DNA from: Bacteroidales bacterium UBA5349
GTDB lineage: Bacteria; Bacteroidota; Bacteroidia; Bacteroidales; Tenuifilaceae
DNA: 64,000 nt
Direction of reading: 5' to 3'
Assembly (NCBI GenBank): GCA_002410065.1
Contig: DHQB01000009.1
Coordinates: 229,195-293,194, forward strand
The notes below the pieces were generated by a model. The model was not told where the DNA came from, did not search any database, and saw only the letters and a program-made list of their open reading frames with translations. How positions within the stretch are numbered: position 1 is the first letter of the stretch; each line of letters begins with the position of its first letter. Shown in pieces: positions 1-8,115 of this stretch. Both the position numbers and the translations under genes were made by a program.

Positions 1-2208
1 TTAAATCGTGAGATTGACGGGTACAGTTCTAATGTGTTGGAAATTCCAAGAACTGCTCTTAGCGAAGCAAAAAAGGACGTTTCTGATGATTTAAAAGATT
101 CTATTAGGCTTGCCATTGATAATATTGAAAAATTTCACTCAGTGCAAAGACCTACGGATACTTTAGTGGAAACTATGCCCAGGGTAAGGTGTGGCATACG
201 TTTTAAGGCACTAGAAAGGGTTGGACTATACATTCCAGGGGGAACGGCACCACTACTCAGTACAGTGCTTATGCTTGCCGTTCCGGCAAAAGTGGCTGGT
301 TGTAAAGAGTTGATTATTTGTACTCCGCCCAATCCAACCGCTGAACTGCTTTATGCGCTTAGCCTTTTTGATGCTCGTGTGTTTACTGTGGGTGGAGCGC
401 AAGCAATTGCCGCAATGGCATTTGGAACGGAAACAGTGCCACGGGTCGATAAGATTTTTGGTCCAGGAAACCGATATGTAACCGAAGCAAAGGTTCAGGT
501 ATCTGCCATGGGTATTCCCTTTGATATGCCCGCAGGGCCCTCGGAAGTACTGGTTATTGCAGACGAAACGGCAAATCCCTCGTTTGTAGCAGCCGATTTA
601 CTATCGCAGGCCGAGCACGGAACGGATAGTCAGGTTATGCTCGTGTGTAACAGTCAGAAAATCATTGACCTTACACTACAAGAACTAAACCAACAGATTG
701 AAACACTTCCACGTAAAAACATCGCCTTAAAATGCCTTGAGAATAGCACGGCCATACTTGTAAATAGTTTGGATGAAGCCATGTGCATAAGTAATAGCTA
801 TGCACCCGAGCACCTTATTCTTGCTGTTGATAGGCCCAATGAGCTTGCCGAAAAGGTTGTTAATGCGGGCTCGGTTTTTATGGGGCACTATACACCTGAG
901 TCGGTTGGCGATTACACCAGTGGCACTAATCACACTTTACCCACATCGGGCTTTGCCCGAAGTTGGAGCGGAGTAAATTTGCTGAGTTTTATGAAAACCA
1001 TTATTTTTCAGGAACTTACAAAGGAAGGACTTGCAGGCCTTGCCAAAGCCACAACAACGCTTGCCCGCGCCGAAGGACTTGAGGCACACGCCAGAGCCGT
1101 AGAGCAAAGGATTAACGGCTCTCTGTTGGAGGTTGGCAATACGGCAACGATTGGTAAAGTTCAATCGAAAGTGAGAAGTATTCTTCGTCCCAATATCCAG
1201 AATCTAAAACCATATTCTTCGGCACGCGATGAGTTTGAGGGCGAGGCATCCATTTGGCTCGATGCCAATGAGAGTCCAATTCCTTTGCCAAACCTTACTG
1301 AGGGTATTAACCGTTATCCTGACCCGCTGCAACGTGAACTAAAAAAGAGTATTGCCACGATTAAAGGGACTAATGAGAACCAGATATTTATTGGCAATGG
1401 CAGCGACGAGGCAATTGACCTACTTTTTCGCTGTTTCTGCAATCCAACTGCGGATAAGGTTCTGGTTTTTCCGCCAACCTACGGCATGTATGGCGTTTGC
1501 GCAGCGGTTAATGATATTGAGGTGATTGAATCGATGCTTGATGAGGTGTTTAATATCAACCTAAAGGATTTTGAGGAGAAGCAAAGGCTAAAACCAAAAC
1601 TCACATTTATATGCAATCCCAATAACCCAACGGGGAATGTTCAAAATGCTGAAGTAATTAGGCAGGTATTAGATAATTCGGAGGGAATTGTTGTTGTTGA
1701 TGAGGCTTATGTTGATTATTGCCCTGAGCATTCGGTACTTAATTGGCTTAACCTCTATCCAAATCTAGTCGTTCTACAAACGCTATCGAAGGCATGGGGA
1801 TTGGCTGGAGCAAGGGTAGGGCTAGCATTTGCATCGCCCGAAATTATTTCGGTGATGAATAAGATTAAATTTCCTTATAATGTTGGCAAACCGTCAATCG
1901 ACATTGCATCTAAAGCACTAAATAGTAAAGAGATAATGCGACAAAGGGTTGATGAAATTATTTTAAACAGAGAGATGTTGGTCAATGCGCTTACTAGAGT
2001 ATCAGCAGCAGAAATAATTTACCCCTCTGAGACAAACTTTCTACTTGTAAAATTTAGTAATCCAAAGGGAATCTACAACTTACTTGCCCAAAACGGTATT
2101 GTGGTCCGCGATAGGAGCAATCAGCCTGGATGTAAAGGATGTTTGAGGATTACTGTGGGAACTAAGAATGAAGTGAAAAAGTTTATTGATGTACTGAAAC
2201 AGATTTAA
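1..2208 (+). CDS. hisD-hisC: Histidinol dehydrogenase fused in frame to histidinol-phosphate aminotransferase (5' end outside window)
   Basis: Frame 1 is open from base 1 (first Met at 34), so the start lies upstream. The first ~370 aa read as HisD (GLYIPGGTAPL, SQAEHG, YAPEHL, AEGLEAHARAVEQRI ending near 1113). After a ~20-aa linker, HisC motifs begin near 1186 (RPNIQNLKPYSSARDE, LDANESP, PLP-lysine context QTLSKAWGLAGARVG). No stop codon separates the two halves. Confidence 0.85.
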   Translation, partial: LNREIDGYSSNVLEIPRTALSEAKKDVSDDLKDSIRLAIDNIEKFHSVQRPTDTLVETMPRVRCGIRFKALERVGLYIPGGTAPLLSTVLMLAVPAKVAGCKELIICTPPNPTAELLYALSLFDARVFTVGGAQAIAAMAFGTETVPRVDKIFGPGNRYVTEAKVQVSAMGIPFDMPAGPSEVLVIADETANPSFVAADLLSQAEHGTDSQVMLVCNSQKIIDLTLQELNQQIETLPRKNIALKCLENSTAILVNSLDEAMCISNSYAPEHLILAVDRPNELAEKVVNAGSVFMGHYTPESVGDYTSGTNHTLPTSGFARSWSGVNLLSFMKTIIFQELTKEGLAGLAKATTTLARAEGLEAHARAVEQRINGSLLEVGNTATIGKVQSKVRSILRPNIQNLKPYSSARDEFEGEASIWLDANESPIPLPNLTEGINRYPDPLQRELKKSIATIKGTNENQIFIGNGSDEAIDLLFRCFCNPTADKVLVFPPTYGMYGVCAAVNDIEVIESMLDEVFNINLKDFEEKQRLKPKLTFICNPNNPTGNVQNAEVIRQVLDNSEGIVVVDEAYVDYCPEHSVLNWLNLYPNLVVLQTLSKAWGLAGARVGLAFASPEIISVMNKIKFPYNVGKPSIDIASKALNSKEIMRQRVDEIILNREMLVNALTRVSAAEIIYPSETNFLLVKFSNPKGIYNLLAQNGIVVRDRSNQPGCKGCLRITVGTKNEVKKFIDVLKQI

Positions 2209-2211
2209 TCA

Positions 2212-2299
2212 CGTCATTGCGAACCCGACGTTTTTTGTCGGGCGAAGCAATCTGTTTGAGAAAGATTGCTTGGCCGTCAGTTGGCGGATTGCAATGACG
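2212..2299. repeat. Nested palindromic intergenic element (outer 9-bp stem enclosing two hairpins)
   Basis: CGTCATTGC (2212-2220) pairs with GCAATGACG (2291-2299). Inside are CCCGAC/GTCGGG (2224-2229/2237-2242) and GCAATCT/AGATTGC (2247-2253/2263-2269). The CGTCATTGCGA...CGAAGCAATC wording resembles small intergenic repeats I recall from Bacteroidota genomes (unverified). Confidence 0.5.
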
Positions 2300-2317
2300 A
2301 GAAAAATGAATACGACA

Positions 2318-3403
2318 ATGAAAAAATTACTAATTATTGACCGCGATGGAACGCTTATAAAAGAGCCACCTGTGGATTATCAAATTGACTCGTTCGAAAA
2401 GTTAGAGCTAATGCCTGGGGCAATACGATGGCTTGGAAAAATAGCCCGTGAGATGGATTACGAGTTTATAATGGCCACAAATCAAGATGGATTGGGAACC
2501 AGTTCATTTCCAGAGGATACATTTTGGGGACCACACAATTTACTGATGAAAACTCTTGAGGGCGAGGGAATTGTTTTTAGCAATATTCTTATCGACCGCT
2601 CGTTTGACGAGGATAACTCGCCCAATCGAAAGCCCCGCACGGGAATGTTTAGTAAATACCTCGATGGTAGCTACGACTTAGAAAACTCGTTCGTAATTGG
2701 CGACAGGTTAACAGATGTGGAGCTGGCTAAAAATCTTGGTGCTAAATCGATACTTATTGGGAATGCTGAAGGGGGCAATGCAGATTATTGCGTAGCTAAC
2801 TGGGAGGCTATTTACCAAGCAGTAAAGCCATTACGTAGAGCAACCGTAACCCGTAAAACCAACGAAACAGATATCACCATAACCGTTGATTTGGATAATA
2901 AACTGGAGGGTGGAATTAACACTGGCGTGGGTTTTCTCGACCATATGATTGAGCAAATTGACCGACACGCTGGAATTGGTGTTTCCGTAAATTGCATTGG
3001 TGATTTGCATGTAGATGAGCACCATACCGTTGAGGATATAGCAATTGCCCTTGGCGAAGCCATTAAAAAGGCATTGGGGAATAAAGTGGGTATTGGGCGC
3101 TATGGTTTTGCACTGCCCATGGACGATTGTGAGGCAAAAGTACTGCTCGACCTAGGAGGTAGACCCTACTTTAAATGGGAGGCAAAATTTAAGCGCGAAA
3201 AGATTGGCGATATGGCCACCGAACTAATTCCTCATTTTTTTCAATCGCTATCGTTTAGCCTAGCAGCAAATTTGCACTTAAAAGCAAAAGGTGATAACGA
3301 ACACCATAAGGTTGAAGCACTATTCAAAGCATTCGCAAGGTGCTTACGACAAGCTGTGCGCATAGAGGGGAATGAATTACCTAGTACTAAGGGGGTTATT
3401 TAA
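2318..3403 (+). CDS. hisB: Bifunctional histidinol-phosphatase / imidazoleglycerol-phosphate dehydratase
   Basis: The N-terminus has a HAD-type motif (LLIIDRDGTLI). The C-terminal half has IGPD motifs (GFLDHMIEQ, VDEHHTVEDIAIALG, GDNEHHKVEALFKAFA). The ORF track starts at 2270, but that extension lies inside the palindromic element. The Met at 2318 (MKKLLIIDRDG) fits homologues best; 2294 and 2306 remain possible. Confidence 0.88.
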   Translation: MKKLLIIDRDGTLIKEPPVDYQIDSFEKLELMPGAIRWLGKIAREMDYEFIMATNQDGLGTSSFPEDTFWGPHNLLMKTLEGEGIVFSNILIDRSFDEDNSPNRKPRTGMFSKYLDGSYDLENSFVIGDRLTDVELAKNLGAKSILIGNAEGGNADYCVANWEAIYQAVKPLRRATVTRKTNETDITITVDLDNKLEGGINTGVGFLDHMIEQIDRHAGIGVSVNCIGDLHVDEHHTVEDIAIALGEAIKKALGNKVGIGRYGFALPMDDCEAKVLLDLGGRPYFKWEAKFKREKIGDMATELIPHFFQSLSFSLAANLHLKAKGDNEHHKVEALFKAFARCLRQAVRIEGNELPSTKGVI

Positions 3404-3404
3404 T

Positions 3405-3439
3405 GGTTATGGGTTGCGAGTTGCGAGTTGCGGGTTATG
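3405..3439. repeat. Heptamer tandem array GGTTATG GGTTGCG AGTTGCG AGTTGCG GGTTATG
   Basis: Five consecutive 7-nt units are read directly in the hisB-hisH spacer. The arrangement is symmetric: the outer units are identical and the inner three are near-identical. Confidence 0.8.
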
Positions 3440-3497
3440 GCTTTAAGCGTTAATCTGACAGCAATAGAGAGAGCAAGTAACATAAAAATCAAAAACA

Positions 3498-4082
3498 GTG
3501 AATAAGGTTGCAATACTATCATACGGTGCAGGAAATGTAGCTTCGATGCAAAATGCACTGGAGCGGTTGGGTGTAAATTCATTTACCTCGGACAAACCCG
3601 GTGAGCTAATGAAAGCCGATAGGCTAATTTTTCCTGGTGTTGGGCACGCCACCCATGCAATGGATATTATTAACCGTAAGGGGCTTGATAGCGTTCTTAA
3701 ATCATTTAAACGCCCCATTCTAGGAATCTGTTTGGGTATGCAGCTCATGGGAAAATTATCGGAAGAAGGCTCAACGCTAGGACTGGGTTTAATGGATTTT
3801 AATGTTAAGCTATTTAGAATTCCCGAGAAAGTTCCGCATATGGGTTGGAACAGCATAGAAATAACTGAAAACCCTTTGCTTAAGGGTATTTCTAACGGTT
3901 CGTATTTCTACTTTGTACATAGCTACTATGCCGAAATGTGTAGCGACATAATTGCAACATGTAATTACTCAATCCTATTTACCGCTGCTGTAGCTAAAGG
4001 CAATTGTTTTGGCGTACAGTTTCACCCCGAGAAAAGCGGCGACGCAGGCATAGAAGTGCTAAGGAATTTTATTGAAATTTAA
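3498..4082 (+). CDS. hisH: Imidazole glycerol phosphate synthase, glutamine amidotransferase subunit
   Basis: Class-I GATase motifs are present: GICLGMQL (nucleophile Cys), VPHMGWN, VQFHPEKS. The start is GTG at 3498. The gene sits at the expected position in the his operon. Confidence 0.9.
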   Translation: MNKVAILSYGAGNVASMQNALERLGVNSFTSDKPGELMKADRLIFPGVGHATHAMDIINRKGLDSVLKSFKRPILGICLGMQLMGKLSEEGSTLGLGLMDFNVKLFRIPEKVPHMGWNSIEITENPLLKGISNGSYFYFVHSYYAEMCSDIIATCNYSILFTAAVAKGNCFGVQFHPEKSGDAGIEVLRNFIEI

Positions 4083-4123
4083 TTGAGACATAAATTGTTG
4101 ATACCAATTAATAAAAACTTAAT

Positions 4124-4819
4124 ATGAAACTAATACCAGCCATTGACCTGATAGATAGTAAATGCGTACGCCTTTTTAAGGGCGATTATAGCGCGAAAAC
4201 CATTTATAACGAAAATCCTGTTGATCAGGCTAAAGCCTTTGCTGATGCAGGTATAGAGAAATTACATCTAGTTGACCTATCGGGAGCAAAAGCAGGTCAC
4301 CCGTTGCACCTAAAGATACTTGAGGAAATAGCTCATAGCACGAATTTAAAGGTTGATTTTGGAGGTGGAATACGAAACCAGCGAAGTCTAGAAGATAGCC
4401 TAAACTGCGGAGCCGCACAGGTAAATTTGGGTACCATACTTATTCATCAACCCGAAATTGCCTCGTTATGGATTCAACAGTTTGGAGCAGAAAAACTTAT
4501 CGCCTCAGTTGATGTGCTAAACAGAAAGGTAAAAGTATCGGGATGGCAAAAGGAAACGGGGATTGAAATAGAAACTGCTGTTCAGAAGCTGATGGAGGAT
4601 GGATTTATCCATTTTACCATAACCGATATTGACCGTGACGGAACTCTTGGTGAACCAGCCTTTGACCTTTACCTAGAGATAATTGCAACATTCCCCAACA
4701 TAAAGTTAAATGCCAGCGGAGGAGTTTCGGCACAGGAGCAATTGAGCATCTTAGAGTCAATTGGCTGCGATGGAGCCATTGTTGGTAAAGCAATTTACGA
4801 GGGAAGGATTATAATATAA
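4124..4819 (+). CDS. hisA: 1-(5-phosphoribosyl)-5-[(5-phosphoribosylamino)methylideneamino]imidazole-4-carboxamide isomerase
   Basis: HisA/HisF TIM-barrel motifs: LIPAIDL, DFGGGIR, ASGGVS, GAIVGKAIYEG. Confidence 0.9.
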   Translation: MKLIPAIDLIDSKCVRLFKGDYSAKTIYNENPVDQAKAFADAGIEKLHLVDLSGAKAGHPLHLKILEEIAHSTNLKVDFGGGIRNQRSLEDSLNCGAAQVNLGTILIHQPEIASLWIQQFGAEKLIASVDVLNRKVKVSGWQKETGIEIETAVQKLMEDGFIHFTITDIDRDGTLGEPAFDLYLEIIATFPNIKLNASGGVSAQEQLSILESIGCDGAIVGKAIYEGRIII

Positions 4820-4821
4820 CT

Positions 4822-4963
4822 CTTTTGGCTTTTAGCCTTTTGCTTTTAGTTCTTAACTTTTAACTTTTCAACTTTCTATCTTTTTAACTTTCTACCTTTT
4901 TAACTTTTAACTTTTAACTTTCAACTTTTAACTTTTAACTTTTAACTTTTAACTTTTTAACTA
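4822..4963. repeat. ~20-unit heptanucleotide tandem array (CTTTTAR / AACTTTT)n filling the hisA-hisF spacer
   Basis: Read directly. The 5' half is imperfect (cttttgg cttttag ccttttg cttttag ttcttaa). The 3' half is nearly perfect AACTTTT repeats and ends 5 nt before the hisF ATG. Confidence 0.9.
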
Positions 4964-4967
4964 ACGT

Positions 4968-5723
4968 ATGCTAACAAAACGAATTATCCCTTGTCTCGAT
5001 GTTAAGAATGGACGAACCGTTAAAGGTATTAACTTCCAAAACTTGCAAGATGCAGGCGACCCAGTAGAACTTGCACGACTATACTCGGCACAAGGCGCCG
5101 ATGAGCTTACCATGCTTGATATTACCGCTACTCTCGAAGGGCGACAAACCTTTGTACAGGTAGTTACCGAGGTGGCCAAAGCCATAAATATTCCCTTTAC
5201 CGTTGGCGGTGGTATTGGCACGGCCAAACAGGTCGAAATGCTTCTGTCGGCAGGTGCCGATAAGGTATCGGTTAATACATCGGCAATTGTAAACCCCAAG
5301 CTAATTGCTGAGTTAGCACAGCAATTTGGCTCGCAGTGCGTAGTGGTTGCCATTGATACCCGATTAACCGAAAACGGGTGGGAAGTAGTAAGCCATGCAG
5401 GTACAAAACTCACTGGTCTTTTGGCAGTTGATTGGGCAAAGGAATGCTGTAACTTGGGTGCAGGAGAAATACTGCTTACCTCCTTCTCATCCGATGGCAC
5501 ACGCCAAGGGTTTGCCATAGATGTTACACTCAGTGTAACTGAGGCAGTAAGTATTCCCGTAATTGCATCGGGCGGAGCGGGTAACGCTCAGCATTTTGTT
5601 GATGTTTTAACTACTGGCAAAGCCGATGCCGCACTAGCAGCTGGAGTTTTTCACTATGGGCTTGTTTCCATTGCCGAGGTAAAAGCAAAACTTGAAGAGG
5701 CTGGTATTAGTGTAAGAATTTAA
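4968..5723 (+). CDS. hisF: Imidazole glycerol phosphate synthase, cyclase subunit
   Basis: RIIPCLDVKNGR, GADELTMLDI, TVGGGI, SSDGTRQGF, IASGGAG. Confidence 0.92.
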   Translation: MLTKRIIPCLDVKNGRTVKGINFQNLQDAGDPVELARLYSAQGADELTMLDITATLEGRQTFVQVVTEVAKAINIPFTVGGGIGTAKQVEMLLSAGADKVSVNTSAIVNPKLIAELAQQFGSQCVVVAIDTRLTENGWEVVSHAGTKLTGLLAVDWAKECCNLGAGEILLTSFSSDGTRQGFAIDVTLSVTEAVSIPVIASGGAGNAQHFVDVLTTGKADAALAAGVFHYGLVSIAEVKAKLEEAGISVRI

Positions 5724-5940
5724 TTTGCTTGGGTTTGCACTAAAGTTTTGATTTATCTCAACTAAAACAAACATTTCTCGACGTTAAATCCTCGTTTTTT
5801 TGCTGATATGCAGAAAGTATCAACTAAGAAATGAGGTTTTCCTCATCCATTTCTGAAAAATACATCTAGAACCACCTTGGATTTTTGCTCTAATTTTGTA
5901 CCAGAAAATAACAATAAAAACATAATACAAAGAAATCACA

Positions 5941-7065
5941 ATGGGAGCAATAACAATTCAATCAGTAATACTGGCAGGTCCAGTTAGTTTTACAATCATG
6001 TATATTTTAATGCGAACTCTATTTAAGAACTCAGTTCTTTATAAAATTGGATTTGCAACTGGGTCGGCCATTGTGCTAATAGCTTTCGTTACTAGCGTTC
6101 AGTCAAAACTTGGTCCTATTCATAATGTATGGGCTTTCCCTCTTAATATTGCTATGGGTGTTTCAGCATACGTTTATGTGGCAAGGGTACTAAAAAAGCC
6201 TTTGGATAGTATTATTCGGAATGTTAATGAATTAAGCGAAGGAAATCTGAATACTAAGATAGACAAGTCCTATTTAACAAGAGATGATGAGATTGGAACA
6301 CTTGCACAATCAATAACTAAACTAACAGAGCAACTCTCTGCTGTTGTTTCTCAAATCTCATTGGGTGCCAACCAGCTGGCCACTGCTGCAGAGGAACTCA
6401 ATTCTAGCTCTCAGGAGTTATCGATGGGTGCAAATCAGCAGGCTTCATCGGTTGAAGAGGTTTCATCATCAATGGAAGAGATGGCATCGAATATCGATCA
6501 AAATAACGATAACGCTCAGCAAACAAATACAATTGCAAAAAGCGTTTATCAAACAATAACTAAAGTTGAAGAAGCCTCGCAGAAGAGCGTTAAAGTAGTT
6601 AGGGATATTGCCAACAAGATTAGTATCATAACCGATATTGCATTCCAAACAAACCTATTGGCACTCAACGCTGCTGTAGAGGCAGCACGTGCAGGCGATC
6701 AGGGTAGGGGTTTTGCAGTGGTTGCTGCTGAGGTGCGTAAACTGGCTGAAAGGAGTAGAATTGCTGCAAACGAAATTAACGACATTTCTAAATCTAGTTT
6801 AAGCATTACCGAGGAATCTGGTAGCCTGCTTAAAGGTATAATTCCTGATGTTAGCAAAACTGCCAAACTTGTTGAAGAAATTGCTGCAGCAAGCAGCGAG
6901 CAACGCCATGGAGCAACACAGATAAATTCAGCTGTTCAACAGCTAAATGGGGTAACACAGCAGAATGCATTAGCTAGCGAACAACTGGCATCGAGCGCCG
7001 AGGAACTTACTGCTCAATCGGAAATCCTTATTGAAGCCATATCGTTTTTTGAATTAGCAAAATAG
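5941..7065 (+). CDS. Methyl-accepting chemotaxis protein-like transducer (3 TM helices, HAMP, MCP signalling domain; no periplasmic sensor domain)
   Basis: The first ~85 aa are hydrophobic. A HAMP-like segment follows ([17 protein letters not shown]...[10 protein letters not shown]). The canonical MCP hairpin tip is present ([38 protein letters not shown]). Confidence 0.85.
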   Translation: MGAITIQSVILAGPVSFTIMYILMRTLFKNSVLYKIGFATGSAIVLIAFVTSVQSKLGPIHNVWAFPLNIAMGVSAYVYVARVLKKPLDSIIRNVNELSEGNLNTKIDKSYLTRDDEIGTLAQSITKLTEQLSAVVSQISLGANQLATAAEELNSSSQELSMGANQQASSVEEVSSSMEEMASNIDQNNDNAQQTNTIAKSVYQTITKVEEASQKSVKVVRDIANKISIITDIAFQTNLLALNAAVEAARAGDQGRGFAVVAAEVRKLAERSRIAANEINDISKSSLSITEESGSLLKGIIPDVSKTAKLVEEIAAASSEQRHGATQINSAVQQLNGVTQQNALASEQLASSAEELTAQSEILIEAISFFELAK

Positions 7066-7096
7066 GCAATCACAAGACTCAAAAAAACAAGAAAAA

Positions 7097-7474
7097 ATGA
7101 CTCTTCAAAGCTACAGAGTACTTATTGTTGACGATAACATAATCTTTGCCAATACCTTATCCGCTTTAGTTCGAGTAACACTAGGCAACAGATTATCAGC
7201 TATAACCCTTGCTATCAATGGGGAAGATGCGGTTGAAAAGGCCTTAAATGATAATAACTATGACGTTATTTTTATGGATGTAAACATGCCCAAAATGGAT
7301 GGTGTTACGGCAGCTCAAATTATAAATAGACGCTTATATCGGCAAACCAGAATTGTAGCCATTTCGTTCCTAAAGGACATGAACACAGTAACAAGGATGA
7401 TTGAGGCTGGAGCGGAAACCTTTCTTTATAAAGATAATCTTACCGTAGAATCAATAGAGGAGATTTTTAATTAG
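7097..7474 (+). CDS. Single-domain response regulator (CheY-like receiver)
   Basis: 125 aa consisting of a REC domain only: VLIVDDN, phospho-acceptor context VIFMDVNMPKMDG, VAISFLKD. It starts 31 nt after the MCP stop. Confidence 0.85.
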   Translation: MTLQSYRVLIVDDNIIFANTLSALVRVTLGNRLSAITLAINGEDAVEKALNDNNYDVIFMDVNMPKMDGVTAAQIINRRLYRQTRIVAISFLKDMNTVTRMIEAGAETFLYKDNLTVESIEEIFN

Positions 7475-7478
7475 AAGA

Positions 7479-8102
7479 TTATAGGTTTACAAGGTTATTT
7501 TTTATTGCATAAACAGCTAGGGCAGTTGAATTCGGTGAGTTTGTTTTATCGAGTAATTCTGCCCTGTGCTTTTCAATTGTACTAACACTTAAAAATAGTT
7601 TATCGGCAATTTCTGTTGTTGAAAGCCCTTTACATATTAGTGCTAACACTTCTTTCTCCCGTTTGCTAAACTGAAGCAAAGGTTCATCTTTTCTGGTGCG
7701 GAGCAATTTTAGCAGTAATTCCTGTGAGAAATATGGACGACCATCCAGAACAGACTCAATAGCCCTTTCAAGTTCATCGTAGCTCGACTCTTTAAGCAAA
7801 AAACCATGAACTCCCAGTTTAACAATGGAATCATAGTATTGAATGTCATCGTGCATGGATAGTATTATGATTTTAACATCTGGGCAAATTCGAAGCGCCT
7901 CTTTTGAAGCCTCAATGCCATCCATTTTTGGCATATTAATATCCATTAGAATTAAATCTACGTTACAACTACTGAGCATAGGCATTAGCTCTTGCCCATT
8001 AGATGCTTCTCCAATGAGTTCAATGTTAACCATCTCTTTTAAAAGAGCCTTTATCCCCTCGCGAAGAATACGATGATCGTCAACAATAATCGTTCTTATC
8101 AT
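7479..8102 (-). CDS. NarL/LuxR-family response regulator (REC + LuxR HTH)
   Basis: TIIVDDHRILREG, LILMDINMPKMDG, and a LuxR-type HTH (SKREKEVLALICKGLSTTEIADKLFLSVSTIEKHR). The start was moved to the internal Met (MIRTIIVDD) at 8102, because the 8150 start would overlap the kinase stop at 8116. Confidence 0.88.
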   Translation of the reverse strand: MIRTIIVDDHRILREGIKALLKEMVNIELIGEASNGQELMPMLSSCNVDLILMDINMPKMDGIEASKEALRICPDVKIIILSMHDDIQYYDSIVKLGVHGFLLKESSYDELERAIESVLDGRPYFSQELLLKLLRTRKDEPLLQFSKREKEVLALICKGLSTTEIADKLFLSVSTIEKHRAELLDKTNSPNSTALAVYAIKNNLVNL

Positions 8103-8115
8103 ATAGTAATTCGTT

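Noticed and set aside
4822-4963. Possible CRISPR array
   Set aside because: The units are 7 nt and contiguous with no spacers, and no cas genes are in the window. This is a microsatellite-type tandem repeat.
4961-5518. 185-aa ORF on the minus strand
   Set aside because: It lies entirely antisense to hisF, which has unambiguous motifs. It is a shadow ORF with Ser/Ala/Pro/Thr-rich, low-complexity composition.
6344-6559. 71-aa plus-strand ORF inside the MCP gene
   Set aside because: It is an alternative frame of a gene with strong motifs in the annotated frame, and nothing supports independent expression.
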